NCBI GenBank assembly: GCA_031362565.1
Contig: JANLSU010000054.1
Location: 1 to 64,000, forward strand
Direction: 5' to 3'
DNA: 64,000 nucleotides
From: a bacterium
GTDB lineage: Bacteria > Krumholzibacteriota > Krumholzibacteriia > G020349025
The position numbers were made by a program, and so were the translations under genes. Under the pieces are notes generated by a model. That model saw only the letters and a list, made by a program, of their open reading frames with translations, was not told the origin of the DNA and ran no database searches. Below, piece after piece: positions 9,601 to 18,300 of the stretch. Numbering within the stretch: the first letter of the stretch is position 1; each line of letters opens with the position of its first letter.

Positions 9601-10853
9601 ACGTTCAACCGCGCCCCCGTGACACACCGGCCGGTCAGCGACGGAATCGGATCGGCGAAGTTCATGATGCGGTCCTTGACCTGCTGGTACGTCATAGCCG
9701 GGAAACGGCCCCAGACCATGCCGCAGGCACCGGCGACGTGCGGCGTCGCCATGGACGTTCCGGACAGGAGCTGGTACGCGGCGCCCGGCTGGCACGACAA
9801 GATGTCGACACCGGGAGCGCCTAGATCGACGGTCGTGAGACCGAAGTTGGAGAACGATGCCATCCCGTCGTTCGAGTCGGTCGCCGCGACCGCGATGATG
9901 TTCGGCGAGGTGTAGCTCGCGGGGTAACTCGCCGTTACATCGTTGTTCGAGCCGGCGTTGCCGGCGGCGGCGACGAAGAGCTGGCCGGCGGTGCCGGCGG
10001 CGTCGATCGCATCTTTCAGAGCCTGCGAGAAGCCGCCGCCGCCCCACGAATTGCTCGTCAGCCGGCAACCGATGGTGACCGCGTACTGCACGCTCAGAAT
10101 GGCGTTGGCAGTGCTTCCGGAGCCGCCGGAGTCCAGGAACTTGATGCCGGCGATCTTGACGTTCCAATTGACGCCCACGACACCGACGCCGTTGTTGCCG
10201 ACGCCACCGATCGTGCCGGAGCAGTGCGTGCCGTGAAAGTGGTCGTCCATCGGGTTGCCGTCGTTGTTCACGAAGTCGTAGCCGTGCACGTCGTCGATGA
10301 AACCGTTGTTGTCGTCGTCGATGCCGTTGGCGGGAATTTCACCCGGGTTCGTCCAAGCATTGGCGGCAAGATCCGGGTGCGTGTAGTCGATCCCGGTGTC
10401 GATGACGCCGATCAGCAGGTTGGGATCGCCAGTGTACACATCCCAGGCGCTCGGGGCGCTGATCTTCGCCATGCCATAGAGCTCGTTGTAGCGCGGGTCG
10501 TTCGGGATGAGGTCGACGAGCGGCGACGGTTTGATGTCGTCCGCCTTCCAGATGAAATCCGGTTCCGCGTACACCACGTTCGGGTTGGCCTTCGCGACCG
10601 CCAGGGCCTGCTCCACGCTGAAGGCCGGCTTCACCTTCACCAGTTCGCCGTTGATGATCGGGAGATCCTTCAACCGGGGCCCGCCGAGCGTGTTGCGCAA
10701 GGACACGCGCTCACTGGCCTGGGTGCCGTTCTTGTATTTGATGATGATCTGGCCGGAGACGTATGGCGGCGCACCAAAACTCACGGCGGGCACGCTCAGG
10801 AGAGCAACCGCGGCAAGCGTGACGAGGCTGCGCAGCGTGGAGCGAAGAATCAT
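6606..10853 (-). CDS. Secreted multidomain S8 subtilase with FlgD-Ig-like C-terminal domain (paralog 1)
   Basis: Signal peptide, prodomain, VIDTG / HGTH / AAAGN / GTSMATP, FN3-like domain, two GGPDAFGYR...FPFYG...WDDL modules, Ig-like spacers, C-terminal WDGR...SGVYFVRM. Confidence 0.95.
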   Translation of the reverse strand: MILRSTLRSLVTLAAVALLSVPAVSFGAPPYVSGQIIIKYKNGTQASERVSLRNTLGGPRLKDLPIINGELVKVKPAFSVEQALAVAKANPNVVYAEPDFIWKADDIKPSPLVDLIPNDPRYNELYGMAKISAPSAWDVYTGDPNLLIGVIDTGIDYTHPDLAANAWTNPGEIPANGIDDDNNGFIDDVHGYDFVNNDGNPMDDHFHGTHCSGTIGGVGNNGVGVVGVNWNVKIAGIKFLDSGGSGSTANAILSVQYAVTIGCRLTSNSWGGGGFSQALKDAIDAAGTAGQLFVAAAGNAGSNNDVTASYPASYTSPNIIAVAATDSNDGMASFSNFGLTTVDLGAPGVDILSCQPGAAYQLLSGTSMATPHVAGACGMVWGRFPAMTYQQVKDRIMNFADPIPSLTGRCVTGARLNVFMAIADPDSIAPGAITDLATSNPGSTTMDLTWTATGDDGNTGRASRTELRYSSAAIDDGNFAAATLIPTGNPDPAGTAQAASVSGLGYATTYFFAIKAFDEFGNAGALSNLPTGTTLDAPALTTTSISLVTLDPNQTTDRTLTVTNSGLGTLDWTIPTVAIQSATTPIQRKSQPVVAPFVVAKGQVDPRHGDPVIEASGGPDAFGYRWIDSDSPGGPAFGWVDISGVGTPIAFTGDDQNLGPFPIGFGFPFYGGSFSTVRVCTNGWLSFTSTATTFTNQTLPTATPPNLVAPMWDDLNFATGGQAYYYNDGSRFIVAWVNAPHYIGDGSAPGPYTFEAILYPSGEIRYQYLAINAPNNSATVGIQNATGTVAMQTAFNTVYTHANLAVKYATIPQWLTAGPNSGRLTAGQSIDIGLHYDSAGLTGGMHDALLSVLTNAPTNANLPAQLLVNGVPDITAGPAGTDFGLVFVGQTRNRTVTVSNNGTGQLSVTNVTSGDAHVTPNLTSFSLAPGGTQNVILTYAPTAPATLVSSLTIVSDDPDENPTVLGLAGSSNDAPDIAESQSSMGARMLTNSSESQVLRVSNTATYTAANLDITVGASISKANLFVGRPEQGYLELGKDEADPRQGQPRTEASGGPDAFGYRFKDSDEAGGPVFNWVDISGIGTPIALNGDDQTISGIPIGFSFPFYGTNFTTLNVCSNGWLSFTSTATAFTNAALPTGGTTAPENLIAPFWDDLDFRPASGSGTAYRYYDGTRLIIEYKDVPHYATSGPGGPYTFEIMLYPSGKIEYQYLNIPLLLNSCTIGIQNAARSVGLQMVFNANYVHNNLAVRIQKTPEWLSVTPTSGSIGGQLYTDLTVTYNSTDLTPGTYLGNIHIASNDPDEASVNIPVTLQVNTPTDAEASAPVAFGLALASGNPTHGAPRFMMAIPKASDVRVRVYNVRGTVVRNLVSRAVAPGYHPLGWDGRTMDGQRVASGVYFVRMQAGTFDRTVRVTLMR

Positions 10854-11042
10854 GCTTCACACTCCTCAGGGCGGTTTCAGGAAATACCAAGGAACCGACG
10901 TCGCCCATGGCAGCGGCGCCTCGAGAGGCACGCCAGTGCGCAGGGGTGCGTCAGCCGTTGACGAACCGGTCCGGGTCGAGCCGGGGCCCCGCGGCGGTGT
11001 GTGCGGAACTCGGCAAACCTACGAGCAACTTCAGGTTGCATA

Positions 11043-11072
11043 GGTATACCGGATTTCCCGACAGGCTGTCAA
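11043..11072 (-). promoter_or_regulatory. sigma70-type promoter for S8 paralog 1
   Basis: TTGACA (11072-11067)-18 nt-TATACC (11048-11043), about 190 nt upstream of the ATG, which has a GAGGAG RBS. Confidence 0.6.
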
Positions 11073-11108
11073 CAATCGGTCTGGAGAACCCGGCGCGGCG
11101 GAGCGCGG

Positions 11109-11969
11109 CTAGGCCTCGGCTCCGGCGGCGGCTTCGACCTCGCACCAGAGGGGTTTGTGATCCGATCCGGTGGCCCGTTCCTCGACCCCGGCGCTCAGGA
11201 TGCGGGCGTGTCGCACATAGATATGATCGAGCCGCAATTTGATGCCACCGAGCGCCCAGGTGCGCGGCCCCGGGGGTGCCGGTTCGAAACCACCGCGCCG
11301 GAGAACATCGTGCGGCGCGCCGCGTTGACAGTTGAAATCACCGATGATGACTGCCGGGCGCTGAATGCTCTGCGGCAGGGCATCGATGGCCGCCAGCACG
11401 GCGGCCGACTGGGCGAGGCGCGCTGCGGCACCGGGAGGCCACACTTCGAGGTGCAGGGTGGCCACGATCCATGGCCCGATCTCGGCAACGATCGCGGTGC
11501 GCCGCCATGGCGACCACCAGGCCTGCGGCAATCGGACATCGTGAAAGACCGCCGGCCAGCGGCAGAGGATTGCGACGCCCCAGAGTCCGCCGCCGTGGGG
11601 GACGCCGTTGAAGGCCGATTGGCGGGGGTGCGGTATTTGACCCGCGGGCGCACCGGGCGCCGGCGCGACACCAGACCGCGCCGTGCCGCGATCGAATGCC
11701 GGCCAGTGCATGGCGGCGCCGAGGGTGGCGACGGTGTCGATTGCGGGCGCGTGCGGCTCTCGTCCGCGCGGCCGCGTGAAGGCTTCCTGGAGCGCGAGCA
11801 CGTCGGCGTCGTGGAGCGTCGGGTAGAGATTGAAATCACGCTCTAGATCGTGGCGACGGGGACGGATTGCGGCGCCGCCGGGCGGCGTCGCGACTGCATA
11901 CCGCGCTTTGAACACGTTGTAACTCGCGACGCGCAAGCGGCGCGGTACGGGCGACGGCTGCACGGTCAA
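11109..11969 (-). CDS. Endonuclease/exonuclease/phosphatase (EEP) family protein
   Basis: VASYNV, LALQE, TLHL, IGDFN, RLDHIY and GSDHKP motifs. Confidence 0.88.
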   Translation of the reverse strand: MTVQPSPVPRRLRVASYNVFKARYAVATPPGGAAIRPRRHDLERDFNLYPTLHDADVLALQEAFTRPRGREPHAPAIDTVATLGAAMHWPAFDRGTARSGVAPAPGAPAGQIPHPRQSAFNGVPHGGGLWGVAILCRWPAVFHDVRLPQAWWSPWRRTAIVAEIGPWIVATLHLEVWPPGAAARLAQSAAVLAAIDALPQSIQRPAVIIGDFNCQRGAPHDVLRRGGFEPAPPGPRTWALGGIKLRLDHIYVRHARILSAGVEERATGSDHKPLWCEVEAAAGAEA

Positions 11970-14900
11970 TCCTCGGTGAAGCTCCGCGGGTAGACCGCAC
12001 TGCCCTCTGATTCCCAGAAGAACTTGGCGCGCGGCTTCGGGTGATTGGCGATCTCGTCCATCTTCATGGCGTCGTAGACCCGCCCGTTCACCACGGTCCA
12101 GCGAATCGATTCCGAGTTGCGAATGTCTTCGAGCGGATTCTTGTCGAGCACGATGAGGTCGGCGAGCTTGCCGGGTTCGAGAGACCCGATGTCATGATCG
12201 AGCCCGATGTAACGTGCACCGCCCATGGTCGCGCAGCGCAGCGCCTCGAGCGGCGTCATGCCGCCTTGCTGCAACATCCAGAGTTCCCAGTGCACACCCA
12301 AGCCTTCGCGCTGGCCGTGGGCGCCCAACTGCACCGCGACGCCGGCATCGTGCAGCTTCTTCACCAGGCGGGCGTTGTTCTGGTAGTTCCACTCCTCGTC
12401 GGGCGCCGTCGGCGGCCGGCGCGAACGCGCATCGATGATGGCACGCGGCGTGAAATGCAGCAGGCGCTCGTCCTCCCAGACGTGTGTCTTGGCATACCAG
12501 TAGTTTTCGCCCCACAGGCCGCCGTAGCCGACGATCAGCGTCGGCGTATAGCCGGTGCGGCTCTGACTCCAGAGTTGAACCATGTCGGCATAGCCCTGCG
12601 CGATCGGCACGGAGTGTTCCACACCGGTGTGGCCGTCGATGACCATGGTCATGTTGTGCTGCCAGAGCGAGCCCCCCTCGGGCACCACCATCATCTGCAG
12701 TTCGCGCGCCGCCGCGATGACTTGCTGGCGCTGGTCGCGCCGCGGCTGGTTGTAGCTCTTGACGCTGAAGGCGCCGGCCGCCTTCATCCGCTTCAAATGG
12801 AAGCGTGCGTCTCCGATACTGTCGACTTCGCATTTGAAGTCGCCCTTGGCGCCATACAAAATAGTGCCGGTCGAAAAGATACGCGGCGCCACGATGAGTC
12901 CGGCGCGCTGCATTTCGGCCGACGAGAACACCTCGTGCGTGTCGTTCGAAGGGTCGTGCAGCGTCGTCAGCCCAAATGCGAGCGACGAATACAGCACCCA
13001 GTTCTGCTGCGGTTGAATCTGTTCGCCGGCCATCGCGCCATGCCAGTGCACGTCGACCAAACCTGGCAGAATCGTCGTCCCGGACGCATCCATCACCTTG
13101 GCGCCCGGTGGCACGCTCACTTGGGCGCGCGGCCCGACGGCCACGATGCGGTTGCCGTTCACGACTACCGTGCCATCGGGAATGATTTCGTCGCCGTGCA
13201 TGGTGATGATGCGCGCCCCGACGAAAGCGACACTGCCCGACGGCACGTCGGTCGGCACGTCGAAGCCGATGTCGATCCCGTGTTCCGGCACCGGCGGCAA
13301 GGAATCCGGCGCGCCGGCCACCCAGTTGAACGAATTCTTGACCTCTTGCTGAAACAGCTCCGGGCCGAGCGACCAGTAGAGGCGCTGGCCGTCCCCCGAC
13401 CATTGCAAGTTCTCGCTCGCATCACGCGACAAGCGTTTGACCGGCACGGCGCTGGCACTCGGGCCGACGTCTTCGCCAAGCCCGCTCGCCACGAGCGGCG
13501 TCAGATAGGCGTTGAATTTTTCCGCGAACGCCACCCACTTGTCGTCGGGCGACACATGCACTTCGGTGAAGTAGACACCTTTCGCATGCTTGCGTTCGTT
13601 CGCACCGGTGAGATCGATGCTGGAGAGCGACCGCTCGTCGTCATCGGCGCCCGCCGACTCGGCGAAATAGACCCGGTCGTTCGCGGCGCCGAACTGCGGC
13701 GCGAAGCCACGCTTGAGGATCAGGTGCGGCGCGCCGCCCGCCGCCGGGATCCAATACAATCCCTGGGCGCGCGACCATTCGGCCGAGCGCAAGAACCCGT
13801 CGCCGCTCGTGCGGTAGACGATCGTGCTGCCGTCCGGCGAGAACACCGGCTCGTGATAGTGGCCCGGCTTGGGAGTGACGACGCGCCCTTCGCTGCCGCG
13901 TGCTGCGGCGACGCGAACGCTTCCCAGTTTGATATCATCCCACGTCGTGTAAGCGATCGACTTGCCGTCACGCGACCACGTTGGATAGAACTCGAAGTGA
14001 TCGCTCTGCTTGGTGAGCCGGCGCGGCGTGCCGCCCGGCAGGTCGCGCACCCAGATCTTGCCGAGCGTTTGATACGCGACCCGGTCACCCTGCGGGCTCA
14101 CCCGGACCCAGCGCAGCATCTTGGTGTGGAACTTGGCCGGTGACACCTCGACCGGAAAGCGCACCGCTTCGGTGATGCGGCGTGTATCGCGAATGTGAAA
14201 CGGAATCGTCGTGACATTCTTGGTCGCGATATCGATCCGGTGAATCTTGCCCGCCGCCCAAAAGACGATCGACTTGGCGTCCGGCGTCCAGGCGATGCCC
14301 GGATACGTGCCGTGCATCGCCCACGTCTCTTGCAGGTCGCGCTCCATCCCATCGTAGAGCGGGCGTTGCGCTCCCGACTCGACGTCGGCCAGGAACAGGA
14401 TTGTTTTGGCGCGAATGCGGCGCAGGAATGCCACCGACTTGCCGTCCGGCGACGGTGTCGGGCGCAGCGAACCACCGTTGCCGGTGATGTAACGCTCCGT
14501 CTCACCAGTGGTGCGATCGAGGCGCTGAATCACGTAGATCTCGCCGTTTGAATCCTTGTTGTACTGAAAGGTGCTGCCGGGGGTCACGTCCTGGCTGTAG
14601 TAAACGTAGCGCCCGTCGGGTGAAAAGGCCGGCTCGCCGAGATCCTTCTGATCGTTGGGGCGCTTGTTCATCTGCAAGCCGTCGCCGCCGGAGCGGTGGT
14701 AGAGCCAGATCTCGCCGGCGCCCGCCGAGCGCGTCGACGTGAAGTGCTTGCGCGCCGCAATGTAGTCACTCCCCGGCTCCCAGGCCGGGCTGTTCAGCAG
14801 GCGGAACTTCTCGCTGGTCACGGCCTTCGGAGTCGAACCGTCGCGGTTCATCACCCAAATGTTGTCGCCGCCGCCGCGGTCGCTGGTGAACGCCAGCCGC

Positions 14901-15283
14901 TTGCCGTCCGGGCTGTAGCGTGGCTGTTCGTCCCACGCCATGCCACTCGTGAGTGATTTCGCGTCGCCGCCCGTGATCGGCATCGTGTACAGGTCGCCCA
15001 ACAGGTCGAAGACGATTTCCTTGCCGTCGGGGCTCACGTCGACGCTCATCCAGGTGCCCTCATCGGTTTCGATCTTCGCCTCGGTCGACGGTCCCGGCGG
15101 ATTGTCGACGTCCCACTTCTTGGGCTTCTCTGCCGCCGCCGCGGTTTTCGCTTTGGCGGTGTCGGCGGGCGCCTGAGCGGACGACCGGGCGCCGAATGAG
15201 GTCACGAGGATGAACACGATAGCGATGGCGGCGCGGACGCGCGTAGCGTCCCAGCCGCGTGCACGTAGGCAACGCGACGGCAT
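11966..15283 (-). CDS. Secreted amidohydrolase with N-terminal TolB/PD40 beta-propeller repeats; start approximate
   Basis: Signal-like IAIVFILVTSFGA; repeated SPDG/PD40 motifs; PGLVDVHWH, EHS, GSLEPGKLADLIVLD. Confidence 0.92.
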   Translation of the reverse strand: MPSRCLRARGWDATRVRAAIAIVFILVTSFGARSSAQAPADTAKAKTAAAAEKPKKWDVDNPPGPSTEAKIETDEGTWMSVDVSPDGKEIVFDLLGDLYTMPITGGDAKSLTSGMAWDEQPRYSPDGKRLAFTSDRGGGDNIWVMNRDGSTPKAVTSEKFRLLNSPAWEPGSDYIAARKHFTSTRSAGAGEIWLYHRSGGDGLQMNKRPNDQKDLGEPAFSPDGRYVYYSQDVTPGSTFQYNKDSNGEIYVIQRLDRTTGETERYITGNGGSLRPTPSPDGKSVAFLRRIRAKTILFLADVESGAQRPLYDGMERDLQETWAMHGTYPGIAWTPDAKSIVFWAAGKIHRIDIATKNVTTIPFHIRDTRRITEAVRFPVEVSPAKFHTKMLRWVRVSPQGDRVAYQTLGKIWVRDLPGGTPRRLTKQSDHFEFYPTWSRDGKSIAYTTWDDIKLGSVRVAAARGSEGRVVTPKPGHYHEPVFSPDGSTIVYRTSGDGFLRSAEWSRAQGLYWIPAAGGAPHLILKRGFAPQFGAANDRVYFAESAGADDDERSLSSIDLTGANERKHAKGVYFTEVHVSPDDKWVAFAEKFNAYLTPLVASGLGEDVGPSASAVPVKRLSRDASENLQWSGDGQRLYWSLGPELFQQEVKNSFNWVAGAPDSLPPVPEHGIDIGFDVPTDVPSGSVAFVGARIITMHGDEIIPDGTVVVNGNRIVAVGPRAQVSVPPGAKVMDASGTTILPGLVDVHWHGAMAGEQIQPQQNWVLYSSLAFGLTTLHDPSNDTHEVFSSAEMQRAGLIVAPRIFSTGTILYGAKGDFKCEVDSIGDARFHLKRMKAAGAFSVKSYNQPRRDQRQQVIAAARELQMMVVPEGGSLWQHNMTMVIDGHTGVEHSVPIAQGYADMVQLWSQSRTGYTPTLIVGYGGLWGENYWYAKTHVWEDERLLHFTPRAIIDARSRRPPTAPDEEWNYQNNARLVKKLHDAGVAVQLGAHGQREGLGVHWELWMLQQGGMTPLEALRCATMGGARYIGLDHDIGSLEPGKLADLIVLDKNPLEDIRNSESIRWTVVNGRVYDAMKMDEIANHPKPRAKFFWESEGSAVYPRSFTED

Positions 15284-15379
15284 GCGATCCTGGCTCCCTT
15301 GCTGCGGGCGAGGTCGAGGTGAATACGCGGCCGCGGCGAGCGGCCAGCGCCGCGCACGATACCACAAAGAGACGGCGAA

Positions 15380-18300
15380 CTAGCGCACGAGGACAATGCG
15401 GGCGCGAAGGGTCCGGCCGTGAACGGTGGCGCGCGCGAAATAGAGCCCGGCGGCGACGGGATGTCCGGCGGCATCACGCCCGTCCCAGGCAATTTCGTGC
15501 CAGCCGGCGGATTGCGCCCCGGCGGCAAGGCGCCTGACGAGTGCGCCGCGCACGTCGTACAAGGCGATGTCCGGCGACGCGGCTGACGGCAAGGCAAGCT
15601 CGAGCCTGGCACTGCCGCTTGCCGGGTTGCCGCCCGCGACGCGCAGCCGCCATTCGTGCGGCAGCGACGCATCCACGTCGGTCGGACCGGCGACGACGAT
15701 CGTCACCGGAAGCTGAACGGCCCCTTCGTCCGGATCGTTGGTCTCCATCGACACGACACCCGCATAGCGGCCGAGTGCCAGCTCACGCGCGTCGAGTTGC
15801 ACGATGACATCGGTCTCTGCCCCGGGCAGCAACACACCGCTTCGGGTGCTCGGTCGCAACCAGTCGTCGCCGGGGCGAATCTCGACTGCGAATCCGGCCC
15901 GCGCGAAGTTGGTGTTGTATGCCACGAGGAGCCCGTCGCCACCCGTGTCGTCTTGCATGCCGATCGTCGGGCTACTGCCGCTCGCCGGCACGTGCAGGTA
16001 CTGAAACACGATGCGCCCATCGGGATAGAGGATCGCTTCGAAGGTCGCGGGTTGGCCGGTAATGAAGTGAAAGGCGCTGATCCACGCGACGATGAAGCGG
16101 CCGGGTTCGGAACGCACATAGGCCGAGCCTCCGGACGCGAAACTGTAGTCGTCCCAGAGCGGTGCGACGAGAGCGCGCGGCACGCGTGGACCGTTGCTCG
16201 GCAGCGGTTGGTTCGAGTACGAACTGTCGGTGCTCGCGAACGACAGCCAGCCATTCGTGCAGATGCTGACGCTGCGCATCGTGGCACCGTAGAACGGGAA
16301 GTCGAAACCGATGGCGATCCCGGCCTGCGTTTGATCGTCGCGCGTCAAGTTGAGCCGCGTGCCGTCGGTCGTCACATCGACCCAGTCGAACACCGGACCG
16401 CCGGGACTCGTGCTGTCGCGCCAGCGATTGCCATAGCCGTCGGGCCCGCCGCCGCCCTGAATCCCGGGCCGCGGATCCGTGGCTTGCTTCCCGAGTTCGA
16501 GCCCACCGGACGCCGGCGCCGGCCCGCCGCCCGCACCACGCACCGCCCGCGCCGCCGTGGCGCTGCCGCCGACCGGCACGCCGCGCGCCCGAACCGTGAG
16601 CGCGAACTCGAGCGGGCTCGCGCCGGCATTGCGCACCGTGAGCGTTCGCGCCACCGATGCACCGGGCGGAATGCGGGCCGTAAGCAGCGACGCCCCATCC
16701 ACCACGACGTCCGGCGGTACGCGTCCGGTACCGCGCAGCGCGATGGAGGCGTTGGGTTGATCGGGATCGTTACTGCGCACGAAAAGGATTTCTTGATACT
16801 CGCGCGCCGCCGCGGGCGCAAAGCGGACGTCGACGAGGGCGCGGCCAAAAGGCGGCACCGCGAGCGTATTGGTGCGCGGTGCAAACGCCGCCTCGGCGGT
16901 TTCGATTTGGCGCACGAAGAGCGGCTCGGCACCCGGGTTGCGAATGACGAGCTGCCGCACTTGTGGGAATCCCAGGTCCACGACCCCGAAGTCGAGTGTG
17001 TCGGGGGTCGCAACGAGGTCCGGCGCGCCGGTGACCGACAGTTGCGCCGGCACGTGGAAAACCGGCAGGCGCGGATCGTTGCCCGCGAGCCGCAGCGCGG
17101 CGTGATAGGTGCCGGCGAGCAGATTCGCCGCATCGAAACGCAGCCGCAGATCCAAGAAACCGCCGGGCGCGATCGTGCCGCCGGCCGGCGCCAACGTCAA
17201 GAATCGCGCCGGAGGTGTAAAGCGCACTGCCAGCCCGTCATGCACGTAGTCGGTGTTGAATGCCACCTGCAGTCCGACATCACGGACGGCGTTTTGAATG
17301 CCGACCGTGGCGCTCGTGCGGTACGCGGCCCCGACCGCCGCGTACTGGTACACGATCCGGCCATCGGGATACAACACGATCTCGAAACGGTTGAGGGCGG
17401 TCTCACCATAGCGCACGACATCCTGGAACTGCACGACGAGCTTGGTGCCGTCGTAGAGATAGAAGGCACTGCCCCCGAGGCTGAAATCGAAATCATCCCA
17501 GAACACTGCCAGCAGGTTTTCGGGTGACGAGGGCGACCGCGCCGGCAGTGCCGCGTTGGCGAACGTCGCACTCGAACTCGTCAGCGACACGAAGCCATTG
17601 GTGCAGATCCGGAAGGCGTTGAAGCTGGCCCCATAGAATGGAAACGGAAACCCGGTCGGGAACGGACCGAGGTTTTCGTCGTCGTTGCCGAACGGCACGC
17701 GGGTGCCAGCTGCCGCAATATTGATCCAGTCGAAGGCCGCGCCATCCGGCTCGTCGCTGTCGGTGTAGCGATACCCGAAGCGGTCGGGGCCGCCGCTGCG
17801 CGCCGGCACTGGCCCATGATCGCGGTCCGCGGCACCCTTGACGGCCGGCGGTTGCGGTGCGAGTCCGGCCTTGTCGGCGCCGGGTTCGGGCACCGTGCCG
17901 GCGGCGGTGCCGGCATCCAAGACAGCTCCGGCCGTGAAGACGAACGGACTGCCGCCGCCATTCGTGACGCGCAGGGTGCGAGTCGCAACCGCGTTGCTCG
18001 TCAGATCGATCGCGAAGGAATTGGCGTCGAGACTGAAACTCGGCGCCGGAATGGCGCGTCCGGCGAGGCGCACGTGGCTCTCGGCAGCGTCGGGATCGTC
18101 GCTCGCGACGATGATGTCGCCGGCCAGAGCGCCGACCGCGCCCGGCGCATAGGTCACCAACACGTCCTGTGACGCGCCGGGATCGAGCCCCAAAGTCTGG
18201 GTGGCGTAGCTCAGGAAGGGCGGCCCGCTGATACCGCTCACATGCAACGGCGCCGAGCCTTCGTTCGAAATACGCAGGATGCGCGCCGCGGTCGCGCCGA

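Noticed and set aside
11010..11050. c-di-GMP-I riboswitch (GGCAAAC...)
   Set aside because: Wrong strand for the downstream gene, and it lacks the GAAA tetraloop and GACGCAAAG elements.
12041..14143. 700-aa plus-strand ORF (likewise 8103..9824, 15656..17527, 18926..20971, 21700..23460, 30198..32876, 35593..37395, 60396..61901)
   Set aside because: Antisense shadows of well-supported genes in high-GC DNA; Arg/His/Val-rich with no recognisable motifs.
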